64,000 bases of DNA, from assembly GCA_023429135.1 (NCBI GenBank), contig JAEYWD010000094.1:66402-130401 (forward strand). Direction: 5' to 3'. Every line of letters begins with the position of its first letter. Position 1 is the stretch's first letter. This document shows, piece by piece, positions 1 through 9,904 of the stretch. The notes under the pieces are model-generated. The model saw only the letters and a list, made by a program, of their open reading frames with translations. It was not told where the DNA came from and searched no databases. The translations under genes were made by a program, and so were the position numbers. Source of the DNA: Bacteroidota bacterium (GTDB lineage Bacteria; Bacteroidota; Bacteroidia; Bacteroidales; JAAUTT01).

Positions 1-3000
1 CAAACCGACGGACTTACATTTACTTTTGTTAGCGAAGATATCATAAGAGACGAAGGAACTCAGGACTTCAAATTAACCATCAGCAAGGGCAAACTGGATT
101 TGCCTGAAGAATTCGAAAAGCAGTTCCAGGTCACTCCCATAACCGAGATGAAAGTTGTTAGCATCACAAAAATTGAAGATGGCCGTCAACCGAAGATCCG
201 CCTGGAATTTTCTGACGAGTTCGATCCCGAACAAAATCTCCAGGGAATGATTAGTATTAAACCAAAAACAGACTTCAAAATTCAAAAGCTGGGCACTTCG
301 CTAATTCTCGACGGCGATTTCCGTTTTGGCAATGAATACACCGTGGTTGTAGAAAATGGCATAAGAAGTCGCTGGGGAACAAAAACAAAGGAACAGCAAG
401 CCTCAACACTCAGGTTCTCCGATATCAAGCCCCAGGTGGAATTTGCGTCGGGTGGTATTATTCTGCCATCGGGGAACAATTTCAAACTTCAGTTTTACAC
501 GGCTAATTTAAAAAGGGTCCACATCGAAATTAAAAAAGTATTCGACAATAGTCTGTATTCCTTCATCGAAGAAGAGCAGGTAAGCAGTAACCGCGACCGC
601 AAAGCGCCATTCAACAATGCTTACATTAACCGGGTTGGAGTGATTGTCCATAATGAAACATTCGAAATTGGCGATACCAAAAACTCCTGGCTGCTCAGCG
701 AAATGGACTTAACAGAAGTGGTAAAGAAACACGATAAATCGTTACTTCTTATCCGCCTGAATTTTAATCCACGCGATGTGCTGGTGGATCCAGGGACCAG
801 TTCCGATGATTATATAGGAGAAAACGGACAGGTTTTTAAACCGCTGTTTTTCTCCGACATTGGCTTAACCGTAAAACAAACAGGGTCGGAGCTCGTGGTT
901 TATGCCACAGATCTTTCGAAGTGTACGCCCATGAGCGGTGTAAATGTAGAGCTGCGTTCCTCGTACGAGGACGGCACCCGGGAATCGGGTGAAACAAATA
1001 GCGACGGCATTGTACGGTTCTCTGCCGATTATATTTACAATGCATACATCCAGGCCGAGAAAGATGGCGACAGAAGTATTGTGAAATTTAACGAAATGCA
1101 ATGGAATATATCCGGTTTTGACATTTCGGGGACCAATGCCGACGAGCAACCCATAAAAGCATTTATTTACACTGAACGTGGCGTATATCGCCCCGGCGAC
1201 GATATCAACATTGCAGCAATAATAAGAAATGCGGAAGAAGAGTTTCCTGATGATCATCCCGTAACGCTTGAAATGTACAATCCGCAAGGAAAAAAAGTTT
1301 ATACCGTTACTTCCAAAAAGAATAAAAAAGGATTTTTCCACTTCCCGGTAAAAACCCGCGAAGCAGACCCAACCGGAAGCTGGAGGGCAACCCTAATGAT
1401 TGGCGACTCTGAGTTTGAAAAGGAAATAAAAATTGAAACGGTTGTTCCTTACCGGTTAAAGGTTAACATAGAGACTGCCGGAAACCAGATTAACTGGACG
1501 GCAAACAAACTTATTTTCGATATCAAAAGCTCGTACCTGTTTGGTAATCCGGCAGCAAATCTGCCTGTAACTGCCGATCTGGAGATCACAGGAACCGAAA
1601 AGCAATTCGCCGGATACGATAATTACTCGTTTTCAAATCCGTCGCTCGATTTCAAAGACATCCAAAAATCAATATTCGAAGGTACCCTCGATAACAATGG
1701 TATTCGCCATATTGAATGGGAAATGCCTCAGTTTACCAATGTTCCGTCGTCGTTAACATTCAAGGTAACTGCCAAAGTGCTTGAAAAAGGTGGCCGCCCA
1801 AACATCAACTGGATAACCATACCCTACCAGCCGTATTCAAACTACGTTGGACTACAAGCTCCAAGATATAACTATGTTGCTACCGGCAGCGATTCCGATA
1901 TCCCTTTTGTTGTTTTAAACAACGACGGCAAACCTGTTGCCGGAAAAACGATCAAGTACAGGATCTACCGCAACGACTCTTACTGGTGGTGGCATTACGA
2001 TTCGAAACGCAATCTCCGTTTCAAGACCGATAACAACACCGTCCTGGTGAAGGAAGGAATCGTTGTATCGAAAGAAAATCAAAACTATATCAAATTTTTG
2101 CCGGTTGAGAAAGGTCAATATCTGGTAGAAGCAACTGACGAAAGCGGAACACGACATTCTGCAGGTGTGTTTATCGATGCTTATCCTTACGGAGGAAATG
2201 CAGGTGGTGATAAAAACGAAGGTACACTGTCGCTTTACGCCGATAAAAAGAAATATTATGTGGGCGATGAAGCAAATATTCAGTTTCCGGCACCCAAAGA
2301 AGGATTAATATTGGTTACCATTGAAAAGGGAAGCGAAATTCTGGAACAAAACTGGTATAAACCACAAAAGGAAGGCGAGTTCTCGCTTAAAATCCCAATA
2401 ACTTCCGACATGGTTCCTAACGTGTATGTTTCGGTGTCGTTAATGCAACCGCACTCACAAACCAAAAACGACCGTCCCATCCGCATGTTCGGTATACTTC
2501 CGCTCAATGTGGAGGACAGGGATACCCGATTCGAATTCGACATAATCACCGCTTCCCAGTATAAACCCAAGGCGCCGTTTGAAATCACCGTTCAAACGAA
2601 AGATCAGGAAGAAGCACAGTTCACTGTTGCAGTTGTGGATGAGGGATTGCTGGCTCTTACCCAGTTCCGAACACCCGACCCATGGAAATATTTCTTTAAA
2701 AAGCAACGGCTGAATATAAATACCTATGACCTGTTTTCGGAGATAATTGCCGCGAACAAGGGCGATGTGTTCAAAACCTTTTCCATTGGTGGCGATGAGG
2801 ACTACCGGGAGTCGCAGCTACAGCCCGAAAAGGGGAAGCGAAGGTTTGTACCGGTATCGCTTTTCAAGGGGCCTGTAACTACTGATGCCAGCGGAAAAGC
2901 AACTATTAAATTCAATATGCCCGAATATGTAGGGGCAGTTAGAGTTATGGTGGTAGGTGCCCGCGAAAACAGTTTTGCCACAGCCGAAAAAAATGTCGCC

Positions 3001-4845
3001 GTAAAATCGGATCTGATGATTCTGGGCAACCTGCCACGGGTTATTGGTCCGGCTGAAAAATTTACGGTTCCGGTAAATGTTTTTGCATTGAAAGACAACC
3101 TGGGAACCGTTAATGTTGAAATTAAAACCGAAGGTCCGCTGGTGGTTGAGGGTGAAAAATCTGTTCCATTAACATTCATGAAAGCAACCGACCAGGATGT
3201 ATTTTTCAACCTGCAGACAAAAGCTGAAGCAGGCCAGGCTAAAGTTACCATTACTGCAAAATCGGCAACCTATACGTCGAGCTATACAGTCGACCTGATG
3301 GTTCGTCCGTCTTCTGCACGCGAATATTCATCGAAAGACCAGACAGTGTTGGCTGGTCAGAATATCACCATACCTGTTCCGGGTACCGGCATTAAAGGCA
3401 CCAACAGAGCCACCATCACGGTCTCGGCATTTCCTGCAGTAAATTTTTCTCACAGGCTCAACTGGCTTATTCATTATCCTTACGGATGTATCGAGCAAAC
3501 CACATCATCGGTATTCCCGCAGTTGTACATCAAAAAATTCATGCAATATCCTGAGGCATTTTCGAAGTCGATTGATGAAAATATCAATGCTGGTATCCAG
3601 CGACTGAGGAGGTTTCAGCAATTCTCGGGTGGATTCAGCTATTGGCCTTATGGCGAATCGGTTTCGGAATGGGGAACATTGTATGGAGGCCATTTTCTTG
3701 TGGAAGCTAAAAAACTCGGATATTTTGTGGAAGAAGACCTTTACGAGAACTGGTTGAATTATACTGCCGGACAGGCACGTAACAATTCGGGAGATCTTAC
3801 AACCAGAGTCTATCGGGCTTATATTCTTGCTTTGGCCGGAAAACCTGAAACTTCGGAGATGAACCAGTTACGCGAAAGCAAACTGAGTGAGATGTACAAT
3901 GTACAGAAATGGATGCTGGCAGCAGCTTACCATCTTTCGGGCCAGACGGACAAAATAAACGACATTATCCGCAACACCTCCATGGACGTAAAGGATTACT
4001 CGGAATTTGCAGGCACCTATGGCTCCGGCCTCCGTGATAAAGCAATGATTCTGGATGCCCTGGTGGTTTTGAAACGTTACGATCAGGCCGATGCGCTTAC
4101 CAGGGAAATTTCAAAATACATCTCATCCACCACCTGGTATTCAACCCAAACCATTGGCTATTCCTTGCTGGCTATGGGTCGATACATCACCGAGCTTACC
4201 AAAGACCAGAAGGACAACTCCATTGCGGGAACGGTTATTTTTGCCGATGGCACCCGTACCCCAATTTCAACGAACAAAACCTTCTCCCTTGATCTGAAAA
4301 AAGGCTTCGGACAAAATTTACAGGTGGAACTTGCAAACGAGTCCGGCGTGAAAAAAGCGTATGTTAACCTTTCGTGGAACGGTGTTCCGCTTAAAAGTAC
4401 GCTTACCGATGAAAACAAGAATATAACCATGACGGTTAAATGGTACAACGATGAAGGTCAGTCGATTGACCCTTCGGATCTGAAACAGGGTACCACTTTC
4501 TGGGGCCATTTCCATCTGGAGAAAAACAGCGGCGTTCCTGCTGTGGAGGAAATGGCTCTCACCCAGGTGTTGCCCTCGGGTTGGGAAATTGAGAACACCC
4601 GTCTGCTGAACGAATCGTTGCCAACATGGGCATCATCACTTCAACTGAATAAGGAAGAGTATCTCGACATACGCGACGACAGAATAATGTGGTTTTTCGA
4701 CCTGCATAACCAGGCTGACTTTATTGTTAAGCTGAATGCTGTAACCGTGGGCGAGTTCGACCTTCCGGCAACAATTGCCGAAGCCATGTACAACGACAGC
4801 TATAAAGCAGTAAAAACAGGCAAAACAGTAAAGGTGACCAAATAG
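1..4845 (+). CDS. alpha-2-macroglobulin family protein (bacterial A2M, YfhM-like); 5' end lies outside the window
   Basis: Frame 1 is open from nt 1, with no stop before the TTG at 100 that the ORF track uses, so the gene is cut by the window edge. It gives over 1,580 aa of beta-rich MG-domain-like sequence. The thioester motif C-I-E-Q sits in 'YPYGCIEQTTSS' at 3487..3498. pbpC starts 6 nt after the stop, which is the classical A2M/PBP1C pairing. Confidence 0.9.
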   Translation, partial: QTDGLTFTFVSEDIIRDEGTQDFKLTISKGKLDLPEEFEKQFQVTPITEMKVVSITKIEDGRQPKIRLEFSDEFDPEQNLQGMISIKPKTDFKIQKLGTSLILDGDFRFGNEYTVVVENGIRSRWGTKTKEQQASTLRFSDIKPQVEFASGGIILPSGNNFKLQFYTANLKRVHIEIKKVFDNSLYSFIEEEQVSSNRDRKAPFNNAYINRVGVIVHNETFEIGDTKNSWLLSEMDLTEVVKKHDKSLLLIRLNFNPRDVLVDPGTSSDDYIGENGQVFKPLFFSDIGLTVKQTGSELVVYATDLSKCTPMSGVNVELRSSYEDGTRESGETNSDGIVRFSADYIYNAYIQAEKDGDRSIVKFNEMQWNISGFDISGTNADEQPIKAFIYTERGVYRPGDDINIAAIIRNAEEEFPDDHPVTLEMYNPQGKKVYTVTSKKNKKGFFHFPVKTREADPTGSWRATLMIGDSEFEKEIKIETVVPYRLKVNIETAGNQINWTANKLIFDIKSSYLFGNPAANLPVTADLEITGTEKQFAGYDNYSFSNPSLDFKDIQKSIFEGTLDNNGIRHIEWEMPQFTNVPSSLTFKVTAKVLEKGGRPNINWITIPYQPYSNYVGLQAPRYNYVATGSDSDIPFVVLNNDGKPVAGKTIKYRIYRNDSYWWWHYDSKRNLRFKTDNNTVLVKEGIVVSKENQNYIKFLPVEKGQYLVEATDESGTRHSAGVFIDAYPYGGNAGGDKNEGTLSLYADKKKYYVGDEANIQFPAPKEGLILVTIEKGSEILEQNWYKPQKEGEFSLKIPITSDMVPNVYVSVSLMQPHSQTKNDRPIRMFGILPLNVEDRDTRFEFDIITASQYKPKAPFEITVQTKDQEEAQFTVAVVDEGLLALTQFRTPDPWKYFFKKQRLNINTYDLFSEIIAANKGDVFKTFSIGGDEDYRESQLQPEKGKRRFVPVSLFKGPVTTDASGKATIKFNMPEYVGAVRVMVVGARENSFATAEKNVAVKSDLMILGNLPRVIGPAEKFTVPVNVFALKDNLGTVNVEIKTEGPLVVEGEKSVPLTFMKATDQDVFFNLQTKAEAGQAKVTITAKSATYTSSYTVDLMVRPSSAREYSSKDQTVLAGQNITIPVPGTGIKGTNRATITVSAFPAVNFSHRLNWLIHYPYGCIEQTTSSVFPQLYIKKFMQYPEAFSKSIDENINAGIQRLRRFQQFSGGFSYWPYGESVSEWGTLYGGHFLVEAKKLGYFVEEDLYENWLNYTAGQARNNSGDLTTRVYRAYILALAGKPETSEMNQLRESKLSEMYNVQKWMLAAAYHLSGQTDKINDIIRNTSMDVKDYSEFAGTYGSGLRDKAMILDALVVLKRYDQADALTREISKYISSTTWYSTQTIGYSLLAMGRYITELTKDQKDNSIAGTVIFADGTRTPISTNKTFSLDLKKGFGQNLQVELANESGVKKAYVNLSWNGVPLKSTLTDENKNITMTVKWYNDEGQSIDPSDLKQGTTFWGHFHLEKNSGVPAVEEMALTQVLPSGWEIENTRLLNESLPTWASSLQLNKEEYLDIRDDRIMWFFDLHNQADFIVKLNAVTVGEFDLPATIAEAMYNDSYKAVKTGKTVKVTK

Positions 4846-4851
4846 TGCACG

Positions 4852-7164
4852 GTGAGGAAAAAGCTTAAAATTTCGCTTTGGATTTCTTTGGGAGTGCTTG
4901 CCATTTATCTGGCAATACCATTCCCGAAGAATTTCATGAAAATTCAATACAGTAAGGTAATCCGCGACGAGCACGGCAAAAATCTGCGGGTATTTTTGAG
5001 CAACCAGGATCAGTGGTGTTTCCCAACCGAAGACAGCATTGTAATTCCTGATAAATTAAAAACTGCAGTTTTAACATTCGAAGACAATTACTTCCAATGG
5101 CACCCGGGAGTTAATCCGGTTTCGGTGTTAAAGGCAGCCAGGCTCAATTTGAAAAAAGGAAAAGTTGTAAGCGGGGCAAGCACCATTACCATGCAGGTAG
5201 CGCGGATAAGAGGAAGACACAGCCGTACCTGGGGCTATAAACTCATGGAAATGTTTCAGGCTTTAAAAATAGAGTTGCACTATTCCAAGAAATCAATTCT
5301 AAAACTTTACCTCGACCATGCGCCTTATGGCAGTAATATTATCGGGTACAGAGCCGCCTCAGCCCGATATTTCCGAAAAGCCCCCAACGAGCTGAGCTGG
5401 GCCGAGGCATCGTTGCTTGCTGTATTACCCAACGCACCATCGCTGGTGTCACCATTATCCAATCCCGAAATATTGAGAAAAAAGCGGAATGCATTATTAA
5501 AAAGGCTGCTGCAGAAAAAAGAAATAGACTCTACCACCTACCAACTTTCACTGGTCGAGAATATTCCACAAAAAGAATATCCGTTTGAAGTAGTAGCCGG
5601 GCATTTAACGCAGCGGTTAAAAAAGCAAAATTCCGGAGCCATTGTCACCACTACGCTCGATTACAAAATTCAGAAACACCTGGAATACCGTGTCAGTCAG
5701 TACTCGTTTACTCTCCGGCAACAGGGAATTAAAAATGCTGCAGTGCTGGTTGTCGAAACCCAAACCGGGAAAGTAAAAGCTTATGTGGGCTCGCAAAATT
5801 TCTTTGACAGGGAAGGTCTTGGCCAGGTGGACGGGGTGATGGCACGTCGCTCGTCGGGCTCCATTCTTAAACCCTTTCTGTATGCATTGTCCATGGACGA
5901 AGGTATCATTCTACCCCAAACTCAGGTTACCGATATACCCTCCTATTTCGATGCCTTTACCCCTAACAATGCCGACGAAAAATACAATGGCGTAATACCT
6001 TCGAAAGAAGCGCTGGTGCGGTCGCTGAACATTCCGGCAGTGCGACTGCTTAACACTTATGGCGTTAATAAATTCTATTCGTTCCTGACACATGCCGGAG
6101 TATCCACCCTTTTCCGCCAGCCCGACGACTATGGCTTACCTCTTATTCTGGGAGGAGCAGAAGTAACCGTTTGGGACATGGCAACCCTGTACAAAGGACT
6201 TGGCAGCAGAGGAAAGTTTTCGCCCATTCACTATTTGCTGAAAGATTCGGCGAGGTATAGAAACGAACACCGTGATCTGATCAGCTCAGGAGCATGCTTT
6301 CTCACCCTCGAAATGCTCAAAGAGCTGAAACGACCAGGATCAGAGTACTACTGGGAACAATACCAGAACCAGAAACCACTCGCCTGGAAAACAGGAACAA
6401 GCTACGGACATAAGGATGCGTGGGCTGTGGGAGTATCGCCGCAATGGACAATCGCGGTGTGGGTGGGCAATTTCGATGCCGAATCGAACCTGAACCTCTC
6501 CGGTGCTGCCAGTGCAGGGCCGCTGCTCTTCGGCATTTTTAACTATCTGCCCAAAGATCCAAAACTGAAATGGTTCGAAAATATCGAAATGGATTTCAGA
6601 GAAGTTGAGATTTGCCAGGAAACAGGCTTTTTGGCTGGTTCCAACTGCCCGAACAAAACGAGGGTAAATGCCCCGGTTTACATGCTCCCGCTACGCCTGT
6701 GCCCTTACCATGAACAAGTTTTTGTGGATGACCAGGAAAAATATTCCGTTTGCTCTTTCTGCTGGGGCAATGGGCACCATGAAAAAAAAGTGCTGATTTA
6801 TCCGGCAGACATTGCCTATTATCTGAAACAAAGAGGACAGCCGGTAAATAACATACCCGATCATAACCCAGCCTGCGAAAAAATTGCCGGAACCGATCCG
6901 CTGAAAATACTTTATCCTATTGATTCAGCACGAATTTGGATTCCACGCGATTTCGACGGAAATTACCAGAAGGTAATTGCCAAGCTTGCCCACCATCACC
7001 CCGATAAGAAAGTATTTTGGTATCTCGATGGCAATTTCCTGGGAACCTCGTCAGGAAATCATAACAAAGCCATTGAAATAAAAACAGGATGGCACCAGCT
7101 TTCCGTAACCGACGAGGATGGCCATTCATCCAGAATACGATTCTATGGCAGGGAGAAAATTTGA
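4852..7164 (+). CDS. pbpC: penicillin-binding protein 1C (bifunctional glycosyltransferase/transpeptidase-like)
   Basis: 770 aa with a GTG start and an N-terminal membrane anchor ('ISLWISLGVLAIYLAIPF'). GT51 transglycosylase motifs are present ('TFEDNYFQWHPGVNP', 'GASTITMQVAR'), followed by a transpeptidase-like region and a PBP1C-type C-terminal domain. It lies directly downstream of the A2M gene. Confidence 0.9.
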   Translation: MRKKLKISLWISLGVLAIYLAIPFPKNFMKIQYSKVIRDEHGKNLRVFLSNQDQWCFPTEDSIVIPDKLKTAVLTFEDNYFQWHPGVNPVSVLKAARLNLKKGKVVSGASTITMQVARIRGRHSRTWGYKLMEMFQALKIELHYSKKSILKLYLDHAPYGSNIIGYRAASARYFRKAPNELSWAEASLLAVLPNAPSLVSPLSNPEILRKKRNALLKRLLQKKEIDSTTYQLSLVENIPQKEYPFEVVAGHLTQRLKKQNSGAIVTTTLDYKIQKHLEYRVSQYSFTLRQQGIKNAAVLVVETQTGKVKAYVGSQNFFDREGLGQVDGVMARRSSGSILKPFLYALSMDEGIILPQTQVTDIPSYFDAFTPNNADEKYNGVIPSKEALVRSLNIPAVRLLNTYGVNKFYSFLTHAGVSTLFRQPDDYGLPLILGGAEVTVWDMATLYKGLGSRGKFSPIHYLLKDSARYRNEHRDLISSGACFLTLEMLKELKRPGSEYYWEQYQNQKPLAWKTGTSYGHKDAWAVGVSPQWTIAVWVGNFDAESNLNLSGAASAGPLLFGIFNYLPKDPKLKWFENIEMDFREVEICQETGFLAGSNCPNKTRVNAPVYMLPLRLCPYHEQVFVDDQEKYSVCSFCWGNGHHEKKVLIYPADIAYYLKQRGQPVNNIPDHNPACEKIAGTDPLKILYPIDSARIWIPRDFDGNYQKVIAKLAHHHPDKKVFWYLDGNFLGTSSGNHNKAIEIKTGWHQLSVTDEDGHSSRIRFYGREKI

Positions 7165-7543
7165 GAAAAGAGGCGATAGCGATTAGTCCATTATGGCTAT
7201 GTTCCACATGTTTTTTAAGGCTGAAGGCCTTGGATAATAAAGCCCAGGGCAAAGCGAAGCGGCACCCTGGGTTAAGCAACAGAATTAATTTTTGGCGGCG
7301 TGAAACCACCTCAAAAAAAGCTTTATGCTTAACATCGCCGCAATTGTGATTCTATTAATGTCCATGTATAGTTCGATTTATCCATAACAATACCAACCAT
7401 CAGCTTTCCAACTTGTTTAATGATTATACTGTCCGCAGTCCTCTCCCGATAGCTATCGGGACCACTGACGACAGCAAACAGCCTCCTCAAAACATATTGG
7501 CTGTGGGCCGTGGACCGATGTCTGTCGACTAAAAAAATAAGAT

Positions 7544-8161
7544 ATGCAGCAAACACTCTTTAATATCACCCAGGGCATCAACATACTGCCATACGACGGA
7601 GAGGCGTTGTTTTACCCGGGCTTCCTTACGGAAACAGAGAGCAGCTTCTACATGAAACAACTTTTACAGGAATATCAATATAAACAACTTTTGATTCACA
7701 TCTACGACAAAGACGTTCTTCAACCGCGTCTCACGGCTTTTTGCGGCGAACCTGGTGTTGGCCTGGAGTACTCGGAAGAAACGCTGAAAGTTCAGCCATG
7801 GAGCACAAACCTGCAAGTTTTGCGGGAACGTGTTGAGAAAGTAGTCGGGGTTAAATTCACCCACGCATTACTCAACCTCTACCGTGATGGGAAAGACAGT
7901 GTAAGCTGGCACCGTGACAAAGAGCGCAACTGGGGAGCCGAGCCCGTAATTGCTTCTTTGAGCATGGGCGCTGCCCGCACATTCCAGTTCAGAAATTACG
8001 AAGAAAAGTCAGTTACCAGAAGCGTTGAACTCACTCCGGGAAGTCTGCTGATTATGCAAGGCGCCACCCAACGCTGCTGGGAACATCAGATTGCCAAAAC
8101 AAACAAGCGTATTGGGCCGCGGCTGAATATCACTTTCCGGAAGCTGAAACTGGAAAACTGA
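7544..8161 (+). CDS. alkB: alpha-ketoglutarate/Fe(II)-dependent dioxygenase, AlkB-like DNA/RNA repair enzyme
   Basis: 205 aa of AlkB-type length. The layout fits the family: 'LLNLYRDGKDSVSWHRDKE' (HxD iron ligands), '...CWEHQI' and 'RLNITFR' (2OG-binding Arg). Confidence 0.8.
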   Translation: MQQTLFNITQGINILPYDGEALFYPGFLTETESSFYMKQLLQEYQYKQLLIHIYDKDVLQPRLTAFCGEPGVGLEYSEETLKVQPWSTNLQVLRERVEKVVGVKFTHALLNLYRDGKDSVSWHRDKERNWGAEPVIASLSMGAARTFQFRNYEEKSVTRSVELTPGSLLIMQGATQRCWEHQIAKTNKRIGPRLNITFRKLKLEN

Positions 8162-8164
8162 TTC

Positions 8165-8827
8165 TTATTTCAGATATTCCATCATTTTACCGACAATAGC
8201 TTTCGCTCCTTCGGCAATATCAACGACTGTGGCATTGAGCATGTAACAGGGGGTCGAAAACAGCAGATTCTGCTCGTCGACAACCACCCGGCCATGGGTA
8301 GAGATGATGATATGCTTTGCCCCCAGACTTTCCAGAGCTTCGATTGTTGGCGTTTCGTCGCCAATGGTGATTTTTACATTGCCCAATGCCAATGCAAAAA
8401 GAACAGGTGAGATGCACAATGCCCCGACAGGCTTTTTAAGCTGGTGCATGGAAACAATGGCCTGTTGCACATCGGGATTAAGCTTCGCTTTTGCACCTTC
8501 AAACGCCCATGAAGAAAGATTTTTGGCAGCACCAAAGCCTCCGGGAAAAATGAGGGCATCAAACTTCGGGGCCGCAAAAGCCGATAATGGAAGAATTTTA
8601 CCTCGCGAAATGCGTGCAGCTTCCACCATTACATTCCGTTGTTCTGGCATCTCTTTTCCGTTAATATGATTTACAACATGATGCTGCATCACATCGGGCG
8701 CAAATATCTGGTATGAGGCACCATGCAACGCAATGGCATACATTGTCATCACTGCTTCGTGAATTTCAGCTCCGTCGAATACTCCACATCCGGAGAGTAC
8801 GATGGCAAAATTTTTCTGAGGGTTCAT
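8165..8827 (-). CDS. elbB: isoprenoid biosynthesis glyoxalase ElbB (DJ-1/PfpI superfamily)
   Basis: Starts 'MNPQKNFAIVLSGCGVFDGAEIHEAVMTMYAI...', and 'GALCISP' carries the nucleophile-elbow Cys. I moved the start to the ATG at 8827, because the 17-codon upstream extension in the track has no ElbB-like counterpart. Confidence 0.8.
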   Translation of the reverse strand: MNPQKNFAIVLSGCGVFDGAEIHEAVMTMYAIALHGASYQIFAPDVMQHHVVNHINGKEMPEQRNVMVEAARISRGKILPLSAFAAPKFDALIFPGGFGAAKNLSSWAFEGAKAKLNPDVQQAIVSMHQLKKPVGALCISPVLFALALGNVKITIGDETPTIEALESLGAKHIIISTHGRVVVDEQNLLFSTPCYMLNATVVDIAEGAKAIVGKMMEYLK

Positions 8828-9481
8828 ATTTAAATATTTAAGTTTCAAATTGAAGCAACAGGCTAAAAAGATTGCCAAAGGGCAGCATGCAAATAAGAAG
8901 CAGGGAGAAGTATCGCATAGTTGTATAATTTAATCATGGTTGTCTGGTTAAAAGATTAAAACTGGTAGCCGCTAATCGGCTAAGAATTTATTTTTGTAGT
9001 CATCCGTTCTACAGACGCAACGCAGCTATGCAGCTTTTTTTTTAGTCGCAGAGCGACGACCTGTTTGTAGTAATTCTACGATATGCTTAAATTAAGCCCC
9101 ACCGGGCGACCTGTTTGAATTGGCTGCTATTCATAATGTTTGTAAAAATTTTATTGTTTACCGGATAACAGTGTAATTTAATAGTAAATATAGTGAATGG
9201 TAGCAAATATTTGAGGAGGTTAATACTCGGAGGTAAATTACCCAGGTAATTTTTATACTTTTTAGAAATATTATCTAGGTAATAATATTTTCTTTCATTT
9301 GGGTCAAAGCTTCATTTTTTGTTATGGGTGATGCAAAATCCAGGTATTCCAGGAAAGATAGCCGATTAATCTGAAAAATCCTTGCACGTCCAACAACTGT
9401 CCGGAAGGATTTCATTATATGAAATTAACAAAGTGACATACAGCGCAATACACCCATTTGAATATTACTATACATATATCT

Positions 9482-9530
9482 GCACTTCATAAGTGCAATC
9501 TAGAGTGATTTTTGCACTTATGAAGTGCAA
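9482..9530. repeat. pair of mutually reverse-complementary 17-nt quasi-palindromes (TGCACTTCATAAGTGCA / TGCACTTATGAAGTGCA) separated by 15 nt
   Basis: Read directly from the sequence at 9482..9498 and 9514..9530. Each copy is nearly self-complementary, and each is the exact reverse complement of the other. The pair lies inside a roughly 1-kb ORF-poor region. Confidence 0.8.
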
Positions 9531-9904
9531 AATGCTCATTCTGGATAAGCGTTATGCTTATATAATTAGCAATTTCGACACGGTTTATGATGCGGAATCG
9601 GGATGTAAATTTTGTTTAATTGACTTATTCAGGAACCGGTCTGTTGAATAGTAAAGAGGATGATTAAAGAGCGAATCAAGCCAATGCCTTGGATAATATT
9701 CCAGATTGCCGTTCTTGTCGTAAATAATTGAAATATTCATCGAATTTAGGATTCTTAATTAGGTTCTGCCCATTGGAAAAAGATGAGGATACAGGATTAC
9801 GCTAAAAGAAGGAGGGTAAGTTTTTTCAAGGCATTTCGGTTTAAAGTCCAAACATAGAATACAAGGAGAATTTGCAATACATAATGTTTTCTGATTTCAT
9901 CCGA

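Noticed and set aside
865-4974. Numerous 60-160-aa ORFs on the minus strand or in alternative + frames inside the A2M gene (for example 865..1341, 2802..3251 and 4636..4974).
   Set aside because: They are embedded in a continuous 1,600-aa frame with clear A2M features. They show no motifs, and their composition is typical of antisense reading of a coding region.
6917-7556. ORFs 6917..7309(-), 7089..7349(+) and 7329..7556(-) in and around the pbpC-alkB spacer.
   Set aside because: They overlap the end of pbpC or the repeat- and palindrome-rich spacer. Their translations are Arg/Cys/Trp-rich with no motifs. The spacer is better explained by hairpins (CCCAGGG-N15-CCCTGGG at 7243..7271 and the CCCGATAGCTATCGGG palindrome at 7444..7459) and by the CTGTGG repeat.
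8304-8669. The + strand ORF of 121 aa and several minus-strand ORFs overlapping elbB in other frames.
   Set aside because: They are alternative-frame or antisense readings of the clearly ElbB-like frame and have no independent support.
8828-8878. N-terminal extensions offered by the ORF track. Examples are elbB to 8878, GH2 to 13716, ManD from 18597, GH115 from 19967, GH5 to 27005, D-TA to 40745, the SusD-like gene to 48366 and the LuxR gene from 57912.
   Set aside because: In each case an internal ATG is followed immediately by a proper signal peptide or the conserved family N-terminus. The extension is non-conserved-looking sequence that overlaps the neighbouring gene or its terminator.
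9585-9740. A 51-codon minus-strand ORF ('MNISIIYDKNGNLEYYPRHWLDSLFNHPLYYSTDRFLNKSIKQNLHPDSAS') in the 1-kb ORF-poor region.
   Set aside because: It is below the track cutoff and I found it by hand. It has no recognisable motif, signal or partner gene, and an ORF this short arises easily by chance. I do not report it as a gene. It might be a remnant of a decayed gene.
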